DNA of 63,994 nucleotides, filler included, from Bipalium vagum (Eukaryota): NCBI GenBank assembly GCA_037834085.1. It is 3 parts of 3 records of this genome, joined end to end, with 100 filler letters (N's around TTAATTAATTAA, not from the genome) between each part and the next. Parts side by side here need not be neighbours in the genome. Positions count along the whole stretch, not along the records: positions 46,274 to 63,994 come from JBBMKC010054239.1; 2 more parts are not named here. One strand, 5' to 3'. Shown piece by piece: positions 54,130 to 63,994 of this stretch (position 1 is its first letter; each line of letters starts with the position of its first letter). The notes under the pieces were generated by a model. It saw only the letters and a program-made list of their open reading frames with translations, ran no database searches and was not told where the DNA came from. The position numbers and the translations under genes were made by a program.

Positions 54130-54840
54130 CTAATTAACTTATTGCATTGTGCAAGTATAATCGAGTATCATAGCCGATAGTATTCCACAACGCTTCTTCA
54201 TTAGTGGTTAAGGTTTTGTATAATTGTTAAGCTTTTGCTATAAGGTCCCCCCAAATTTTCTATAGGATTTGAATCTGATTAATTTCCAGGCCATTCCAAA
54301 ACATTGACATTTAACTCTTTAAAAAATTCAGTTGTTGGTTTTGCCACGTGCGCAGAGGTCAGATCCTGTTGAAAAATAAAGTTCTGTTTAGGAAACATAA
54401 CACATGGTTTTGACATCATGAGAAGTATAATAATCTGCGTTATCATACTCCACCAGGAGCCTTTTCAAAATATCAACACCATTTTGTGAAAGAAACAGCC
54501 CAACTCATAAATCTGATACCCATGTTTAACAGTATGTTGAAGTTAATAAGTCTAATATTTCTCATTTTTTCATTCTTCTAGCAGGCATATCTTTCCTGTT
54601 TGTAAAATTTTGAAAGGTGCTTTCATCGCTATAAACTGTCTGTTCCCATTTAGCTACTTACCAATCTTTTTAATCCATTTCTCAAGAAAGCTTTGCTAAT
54701 TTTTGCTTTGTTTTGCATTGTTTGATTACTATAATTAAAGGTAACACATACAGCCGAAAGAAATCTATTTATTTGCCTGATTTTCCGACGGTTTATAAAG
54801 AATGATTCGAGAAGCTCTTTATATTTTTCCAAATTGAATG
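54130..54840 (-). mobile_element. Tc1-like DD34E transposase fragment
   Basis: VYSDESTF, HTVKHG, FIFQQDLTSAH, VLEWPGN*SDSNPIENL. Confidence 0.85.
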
Positions 54841-56639
54841 ATGTGAACTTTCAAGAACCAATGTAAGCTCTTCATAGAAATACTGTATTGATGTTCAAGT
54901 AAAAGCTTCTTCAAGTTTGTTAAGAATATGAAGAATCAAAGTTAAGTATTGAAACTAAAGACCCAATGAAAATAAAAGAACAAAAGGACAGTAGGAAATT
55001 CTCTCAGTTAGTTCAAGAAAGGGAGAACAACAGGCAAAAACGAAATTGGACCTCACAGATGTGCTTGAGGCACATCCCAAGCTAAAGTAAAATGAAAACC
55101 GTGTATTCTTTTACAAGAACCAAAAACCAAATGATCCTCTCATTACCAGAACAATGAAAAGTATATGGGAATAGATGAAAAATGAGGTGACGAGATAGAA
55201 AGAGATAAAAGAAGTCAGTAATAGAAGAAGAACGTTTATAAAAAAATTAGGCAATAACAAACAGTAAAGTTAATGGATAGCGGAATTGAGGAATTTCAAT
55301 CGAGTCAAACCACAATCACAAAATCTACTTTAGAGAGAGTATAAGTTTCATTAGGGGAAGTAATAGGAATGCATATGGAATTCGATTACAGCTTGGGAAA
55401 AGACTTTCATGGTTGAGAGTTTAGAATAGGACTCTATTAGAAGACAAGAAAATACTAAAAAAAAATAAGAATAATTGAAAAGAAGTAAGAAAAATATGAA
55501 ATAAATTTTAAAAACTCCATTAGAGGACATAGTCGATGAGACCTGAACAAATGAGAAAATGGTAAAAAAGAAGTTTAAAGAACTATTTTCAGAAAAGTGA
55601 AGGTAGTAAAGACGCATTTCGCCAAAAAGATTAAATTCAGGTATTCTATAAAAAGAACAGCTTCAAATTCTTTAAACCCAGAATGAAGAGAAATGGAAGA
55701 TATATTGACAAAAGATATTAATTTAACAGACAAGTCATCAAGTGAAGGCTGGGCGGAATGAAAGGTAAAGAAATTTGGAGGAAAAGATACAAAGGAAAAA
55801 TCTGAAGTGAAGTAGGTTTTTGTACCAATGGTATATGTCTCTGACATTTCTTCTCTCATTAGCAGGTTGTCGGTGTCTATTTAACTCCAATGGCGCCTCG
55901 ACCCCATGATAATAGACGCGTTTCCTTAGATTTGTTGTGGAAAACCATCATTAAATTATATGTAATAATCTTGTGTTCAACTGCTATTGATCAGCGATCA
56001 CTAAAATATTCAACACTGTGTCTTAAACCGTTCTTTATTCATGCCGGGTCTTTATCCAAACATCTCTTGACGAATAAATAGGGCCTAACTTAGATTGGTT
56101 CTTAGTTCGGAGATAATGGGAATACATAAACACATATGTTACCTTCCGATTAGATCGGCATCACTATAAAATTCTATTAAGAAATTATGAAATTCAACAA
56201 TGAAATATGCTGCTATGGAAATATTTTTCACAATTTAGTGTTAATCTTCATTCAAATATTCGTCTTATAAAAATATATCTTACTATTAAATAATTCTCTA
56301 TTATATTATACTATACTATATTATACTTATACTATTATATTATTTGTTAGTATATTAAGGTTGTTCTTTTGTTATTAGCAGTGGATGTGGTTAATAAATA
56401 AATTCTTAAAAGTAGTAAATAAAGTAAGAGATTGATTTAAAGAATGAAATGTTGTTATATTTATTGTTTAGGAAGTTAGTATATAAGGGAATTTAATAAC
56501 ATGAATTGATAATATACTTAATATTAAGATTGAAAGTATAAATAGTTGTTCATGAAATTAATTAACCTGGAAGAAGAAAAGGGTATACGCCGTAGTAATT
56601 ATGAGCGTGAGTCTTTACTTACCTTGGGTTGATAGATGT

Positions 56640-57260
56640 TCATTTAACGACGAGAAAACCAGGTGTACTCTGAATATAAACAAGTGTAACTTGATGGGGG
56701 CTAATTCCACAGCTTATTCCACAGTGAACATTAGTTTTGATCATGATCCAAACAACCACCTTGGAGTCACTGGATCTACTGGTATCACCAATATTTATTA
56801 TCCCTCGAATTCAAGAGCAAATCTTAAAAATATTATTGTTATTATTTTCTCCTCATTCTGGGATAAACTGCAACAGATTCATATTAATTGTATGCAAATA
56901 ATATACTGTGAGGTTAGAGGCGCATGATTTTCAGAACTTAGGAGCTTTGGAGTACCAATATACCAATCATGGTTTCGTAGAATATAACAAAGGATTACAT
57001 AGCCACTTTAATAAGCTATAGCACCACACCAACCTTGCAAGCATTCAAACCTCTTAATTTGATTAGATATACCATGACTCAGCCCGCGCTCTATCAGTTG
57101 TATGTTGAGGAGAGTTTTCCCCTGAACATGAGTTTCAAAGAGAACAGCAGCTTTGAATGAGGCACTTACAATCCCAACTCCAACATCAAGCTTATAGTCT
57201 CTACCGGCATTATTCATCAGTGTAATAATCTGGGTTTTGCCTCTAAACTGAGTATAATAA
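56640..57260 (-). mobile_element. Decayed LINE (RTE-like) RT fragments
   Basis: GIVSASF...KTLLNIQL...LSHG....IKRFECLQGWC resembles the RT C-terminal region; weak. Confidence 0.4.
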
Positions 57261-58609
57261 GATTTTTAAAATACTAATAAATATTAAAATATTTGTAATT
57301 ATTTAAAATATTAAAAATTTGTTAGTAAGATGCATTAAATAAATAAAAGTAAACGTAAATAGTGGGTACCAGCTTTAGCTGAAGTCCGAATATAATGAAA
57401 GAACATTCTTTTCTGTTACCTACTTTTATTTTGGTGAATTGCGGTATAAAAATTATATATTTTTATCAGTATTATACTTCTTGATAGTTAACTGAAAATT
57501 GAAAAACTCATTTAAGTTCTAAAATTGTAAAACAATCCAGTTGAAATTATAACTACCTTTTAAAAATTTTTACTCCTATTTTTTCTTTATCAATTTCATC
57601 ACAAATTTTAATAAAAATATTTTCTTTGTTATATAATTATTGTTATGTAATAGTAAATTAATTTTATATTTAAAGTAAACATGTCTATTATTTTTCATCA
57701 GATTTCAAACATAATACAGTTTCTTTGATTAAGTCAGAAAAATATTTAAATAAAAAATTTCTTGTTATGATTTTGAGACTATTTTAAATTATTTTTTTCA
57801 GTTTATTTGATTAACTCTTGAATTCACAATTTTTATACTTTATTCTTGTTTGTCTAATCAAATTTAGTTTCAACGCATTAATTCATATTTCATACATCGC
57901 TGAATATTTAAACCTTACTTTCTGCTAAGAAAAAATTATTAACAGAAAGATTAAGAAAAAAATCTGACACTATTTAAATACAGTTGATTACTCAAGGCCA
58001 TAAATGTATTATTCAAAAAGATTATCCTTTGAGTATTTATGTGATTTAATAATCAAGGCCTCGATTAATACACTTGTTTTGAACGTTTTAACAAGTTTGA
58101 AATGAAATTTTTCCAATAGACTCATTAAAATATTTTTATGCGTTTCATGTACTAAGTAAATGGACTTTATAAATTAATAATTATCTATCCATATTGGTCG
58201 ACAAAACTGAAAATTTTTACTAACACTTTCCAGTACTATTATTAATTAATAAGACTATTTATAAAAGCCTCTTCGTCATACTTATTTTAAAACTCAATTT
58301 GTTTTCGATAAAATACTAAGAGAAACAGGAAGAAATAGCAAGATATACTTCTAAAAATATATTTCCCTTATGTGCACAAAAACTTCGATACAAAATAAAA
58401 AAAATTTCTCCCAAGAACTCCAATCATTAGAAATTTGTGAAAATATAGTACATACACAAGAATAATGCAATACAAATATACAATGCACAATCGATAACAT
58501 GTCAATTAAATCGACAAAAAGACAACAATGGAAATATTTATTACAAAATTAATCTGTCTGTACAAGGAGAGGACATTTAAAAACTGTGAAAGAGAAAGAA
58601 TGATGACAA

Positions 58610-60757
58610 TCAATCGGAAAGATGGGAAGGATTTTGGTGAAACAAGTTTTCGTCGTGCGATGAACATGAAGCAGAGACTCTGAAAGGTTCCAATACAAAA
58701 TTGTTAAAGTATTTCCTGGGCCTGCCACGTTTCTTTTTCGGTTCCCCTTCATGCTCCAGCTGATCGGAAATCGAGGACGAGACGGCAGACAAAGTTCTTT
58801 TCAGTTGCAATTTTTCCTTCGGAGAAAACTGGAACGGAGAATTAACGACACCAGGAGAAGGAGACAGCGAATGTAAGGTAAGGTTTTTTTCGTGGTTGAC
58901 GGAAGTATTTCTGATTGGCGGTTCCAGAAACAGCCCCGGTGGTTTCTGAACGGTCGTTACGAGTGCCTTCGTTACCAGACGTTTCGACAAGTCACCATTG
59001 GTCGCGATAGCCTTAGTTTTGATCGGAATGCACCGCGGGCCCGTGACCGAAGACTGTCGTTCCCAGGACCAAGTTTTATTGGCGATTGGTTTGCCGTCAC
59101 AAAGCGGGTCCGATCTGACGACCTCCTTGAGCAAGAACGGTTTCTCATACGAAACCGGCGCTGGACAAACGAGATGAGAATTTTTGCTTCGCTGGACGAT
59201 CTTGATAAACTTTCCCAAATCACCACCGACATTTTCGTCATCCCCTTTCTCATTGGTGACGTCGGCGGGAAATGATCGACTCATTTCCAGGAACGATTGG
59301 AAGCTAATTTCCTCGTCGCCTGGCAACTTGGACGGAGATTTAGCGATTTTACGCGAACTCACTCTCGCCTTTTTGCCAGCTATCGAATGAATTGTCGATA
59401 TCGACTCGAGAGGTTCCAACACTGTTGACTGTTTGAAAACCGTGATGGCTTCCGATAAATTTCGCTGTAACGAAGACGACGGGTTATTGTTAGCGGTCAT
59501 TGACGTTTCAGATCGTAGGCAAAACGTGCGATCGGATTCCATAGAGGGTCGACCTCTTTTCCGTTTGCCTGCCGCGGGCTGATCTGAAGACCGATTCCGT
59601 CGGGTTTTCTGAAATCAATATAAATTGAAGTCGTTTATTTTAAATTTTGAAAATTGTGCGTAACACGTTTTCATACTGGATAATCAAGTGATTTTTGATT
59701 TCTGGCTATCATCATCGATTCCTGATCATCATGACCGTTGTCAGCACCATCATTGTCGTCATCTTCATCTTCATCATCTTTTAAATCGATTTCAAATTTG
59801 GCCGTGAATTTCTCCTCGTCTCGCAAATTCAACGGAGATCTTTGCATTCGTTCGTAGTTTTCGCTGTCACTCGACTGGGACTGGAACTCATCCATTGATT
59901 TTTCATTCACTAAATCAATAAAAGGTGACGAAGCTCTATCAGTTGGGTCGGCACCATTTGGAGAATCGTGGAAGTTACAGCTGGGTACTGGTTTTCCTAA
60001 CCGTTTGAAAATGTGATGTTTGGTAATTAGTTTCAGCAGAGGAATCAAAACGTTATCGATGTCTTGAAATCGACCCGTTTCTTGCGCATGATCTATCATG
60101 ATTTGAATTTTCTGGATATCGTGCAACATGGATACGATGTTGAGTTTGATCATTTCTAGTGTTAGTGAGATTTTACTGGAACTCATGGAATCGATATTGA
60201 TCAATATGTCCAATACGGAATTGGCCAGTTTATCATTGGTGCACAGATTCTCGTATCTGTGAAGCATGTCTTGCATTTCTCGATCGATACAATTTAGATT
60301 TGTGCTCTCATCACCGGCCTAGATAAATATATAAACAACACTAACCAGCAATAAAAGTCCATCATACTTCCTGAGACATGGTCTCAGTCAATTCGAAACA
60401 TCCACATATCAAACATAACAGATTACGTTCCACTTTCGACTGGTCGATTTTCAGACAGAACTTGCAGAAATTTCTCTTGCAATTAAGACATTGCACTAGG
60501 CTTCGGTTTTCGCACCAGTAACAAAACATGGATTGTTGTTGGAGATTATCGAGCTGAAGCAAGTGAAACAAATTAATTAGTTAATATAAAATCAATGAAA
60601 TTTTGGGAAATTTGTTGTAAAAATAAAATATTTCGATAATATATTCAATTTGCCTAACCTTAATTAATAAATTTGAATTAATTTTACTGTCGGATTTACA
60701 AAACATATTGCTAAACTTTTCGTTTAAATTGAATAAATCCGCTTGATAATGTAACAT
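58610..60757 (-). CDS. Paralog of the ADD/AT-hook protein (PHD half, shared helical domain, two AT-hooks); exons 60757-60659 (tentative), 60553-60368, 60318-59677, 59608-58610
   Basis: CYWC...VQCLNCKRNFCKFC...CLIC; LLKLITKHHIFKRL versus LLQILVQHHIFNRL in the + gene; KRKRGRPS and KKKRGRPRK; in-phase GT-AG introns. Confidence 0.82.
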
Positions 60758-61999
60758 TGAAAAATAACTTAAGATACTAGCAATTAGACAAATAAATAAC
60801 GTTAAGAAGTAAAATAAATTAACGTAACTAACTATTAAAATTCTGAATTCGCTCTTTACTTTGACTAAATTTAAACAAATTAAATAGTTTGAAATTGGTT
60901 CAATTATTTGTTTATATATATTATTGTTTTATTACCAAATTTTAATGTTAGGTTATATTTTACCTTTATTAATAAAAGTTTTATAGAGAATTATAGTGAT
61001 ATTTAATAAATAGTAAAGTTAAATATTTAAAAGTAGTTAAATTTTGTTAATTAAAAATAATTGTAAATATATTAAAACAAAACTTTCCAATATGACTTTT
61101 AAAATGTCATAAGAAAAATTAATAACTTAATATCAAATATATTGTTTTTTAATTAGACATTTTTTCCAAATACTTATATATATAAATATTTCAACGATAA
61201 TGTTTTAATGAGCTTCTGTATCCATCACTGTCAGATAATCTTTATTTGGTAAACATTTTTACTGATTTTTCTAAAATTATAAATTTTCTTGTCAATGGAT
61301 GTATCCGATTTAATTTTTTATAAAATCTAATCTCTGATATCAAATATGTAATATAAATATTGGTTTGTAATGACTTTATGATTCAGAAAACAATCATTTT
61401 AAATTTATTCAATTGTGTTAACATCGTTTTAATTGTTTCCTTTGAAATTTCGTCTTTATATTTTTATTTAAATTTTGTTTGTCAATCTTGATTCTTAACA
61501 ATAAAAAATTTTTATTTTAACTGAAAATTTTCAATTTATTACAGTTTTAAAAGTATTGTCTTTGAAAATCTCAGTATAATGGCTTGTTTTCAACAGAAGC
61601 TTTAGTCGAAAATTTTTCTTCACATACTTTCTATATTTTTAATGTTTATTAGAAAATAATTGTATTAGTTTAAAAATGTATACATTCATTCAGATTTGGT
61701 ATTAACAAAACTTATTAAATAAGGGAAAAAATTAAATTTTTTTTAATTAAATTGGCTTGAAAATTAAAATTTATTACGATATCATCATATCACAGTAGAT
61801 GAAAATAGTCAACGAAAATTAATTAAATAAAACAAAATTATAAATCAAGAATAATTTTATAACATTCGAAAAATGTAATAACCTTGACTTTCTCTTAATT
61901 AAGAGGTATTGGTAATTGTAAAACAACTAAATGTTATCAACTGTACCAGAATATTAAATAACTCCAAAAACAGACTCTTGGGTTGAACCAACTATTACC

Positions 62000-63150
62000 T
62001 CAGAACCTGAAATGACTGGAGGTGTGCTCGAGATTTCGTTTCCTTCAGATCACGTTAGCATCGAGTAAAACAAAGGAATTACATTTTGGTCCCAACACAT
62101 TTTCTCACTATCTTAAAAGAGAAAAAGTTTCAACTTGCTCAGTGAATTACTGGTACAAGTTCTTTACGTAATTATTCAATTATAAAGTTATTATGTCCTT
62201 GAATTGGGCTATTAATGACCAAAGTTTCTAAGATACACGATATATTACTTAGAGTTAATCATACAAAGCAAAAACCATGATAGTAAAAGTTATTTTTCAT
62301 TCATAATTTTATAAATAATTATGTTTATCTTATTCAATCAACAGAACAGTCAGTTCACTAATTAAATTGCTAAAAACCCTAAAATTGCACAAGAAACTCT
62401 AAGTAGGACAATTATTTTAAAGAAATCTCATTTTCTGTCTCCTCCTTCGAACTTTGTAACTCGAAATAGTTATGTCAATGGAATTGTTGCTTCATAACAT
62501 TTGTCATATGTGATCATAATTATTTTTTATCCTTTTGATTTTACATCACACAGTTGGCGTCATTTAATCGAATATACTTGACGGTCTTTTTCACTGAAGA
62601 ATTAATGATTCTGACCTTTTGTACTATTTTTTCTGACCACAAAGTATTCCTTGTCATGAACTGGATCTTGCTCTCTGCACTAATCTGTAAATACAAACTA
62701 TTAAAAAGTAAATCAAATCCTTACACTAGTATAACTCTATACTTGATTGATAACAACAATTAAATTCAAATTCTTATGCAAATTCAAATTTTATAAATTT
62801 CGATCTGACTTAAATAACGTTTCAAAATGTAGTTACATTTTCAACCTCAGTTTTTATTTCTGAAAAAAGCTTCCTTGACATATTTAACTTTAAATAATTT
62901 AGTGAACTGACAATCTTTACTTTTATTCTCAACTTGAATTCTATTATTGATACTTGATTCTTCTAAGGGTGCTAGAATTTTCATCTTGCGGAATTTTATT
63001 AAGTTTCTTAAAAAACTTTCTTTAAATATTAGACTTACGTAAGTGTAATAAACAATTAAGGAAAACATAAATTGGCATTTTGATTCTAAGATTCAGAGTA
63101 AGACTGAGCTTTTTATAGTTAAAATCTTTTACTAATATTTCCTTTCAAAT
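62000..63150 (-). mobile_element. Possible highly decayed non-LTR retrotransposon fragment
   Basis: A-rich minus-strand coding-like scraps without intact motifs. Confidence 0.2.
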
Positions 63151-63567
63151 CTTAAAATTATTTTAGTATGTCCTTGAATGTCCAATGGAGATTTTTTAAA
63201 AATAATCTAATTTAATAAAATTAGGAATATAAATTAAATTTTATTTATTATATTCATATTTTGTTATAAATAGTCTACACAATGTTTACAATATTTATTT
63301 TTAGAAATGCACAAAAACAATTTTATTAATCAATATTATATTAAATTGTTACAGTAAAACAAAGGCCTTCAAATAAATGTTAAGATTTTTCGTACTAAAA
63401 TATTCGCTTCTCGTATTTTTCATACATTTAACATATTTTCCTTATCTTTGTGTAATTTCATGTATTGACATTTTTCTTTATTTCATTTATTCAGTTCATT
63501 AATTTTATGTAATTTAATTATTATATTAATTTTAATCTAAATTATATATATATATAAGTGGTACTTA

Positions 63568-63994
63568 TATTAGGTTGTAAAGAAATTATTGGCGGCTTAT
63601 CAAACTTAATTTTTGCAGTATGAATTAATAAAGGAAAAGTTGTTTTATTAATATAAATTTTTTTTCATATTGAAGCGTAAATTTTAAAAAAGGCATTTCA
63701 ACAAAAAATTTAATAAATAATTAATATGTATAATTTTGTAGGTATTTGAATAATGATTGACGACTCTCAAACTAGAGCAGTTTTCTTATATGAATTCAAA
63801 ATGGGTGGTTTTGCTGCACAAACGGCTCGAAATATCCTTCGCATTTTTGGAGAAGGTACCACTAGCGAACGTAGCGCTTAACGCTGGTTCCAGAGATTTA
63901 AGGATGGAAATGAAGATATTCAAGATAAAGATGGTCGTGGGCGAAGATCTTCCATCTCCAATGACGATTTGAAAGCACTGGTTGAGAGTGATCC
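63568..63994 (+). mobile_element. mariner 5' end (TIR plus HTH), running off the window
   Basis: TATTAGGTTG... TIR; RAVFLYEFKMG..AAQTARNI..IFGEGTTSERSA*RWFQRFKDGNEDIQDKDGRGR. Confidence 0.9.

Overview
AT-rich metazoan genomic DNA with spliceosomal introns, many only 45-65 nt. It comes in three pieces joined by artificial 100-nt spacers (N44-TTAATTAATTAA-N44 at 28766-28865 and 46174-46273). Host genes: MRPL15 (+, 5 exons), twinfilin (-, 8 exons), the C-terminal-half exons of an otoferlin-type ferlin (+), and a convergent pair of paralogous, helicase-less ATRX-type ADD-finger + AT-hook proteins. The rest is mostly decayed transposons: mariner, Tc1, Merlin, pogo end, Penelope-like, an RLE non-LTR element, LINE scraps, solo LTRs and a tRNA-derived repeat. 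The most unusual element is a ~10.2 kb decayed Ty3/Gypsy-type LTR retroelement on the minus strand (4265-14517). Its order is LTR, PBS(tRNA-Trp), gag with 4 zinc knuckles, unknown helical ORFs, a chuvirus-like envelope glycoprotein, protease, truncated RT, unknown ORF, an ISG20/REXO4-like DEDDh exonuclease fold, PPT, LTR. The RNA-virus-like envelope therefore sits between gag and pol, and a captured exonuclease-like module lies downstream. All family assignments come from manual translation and motif recognition, not database searches.
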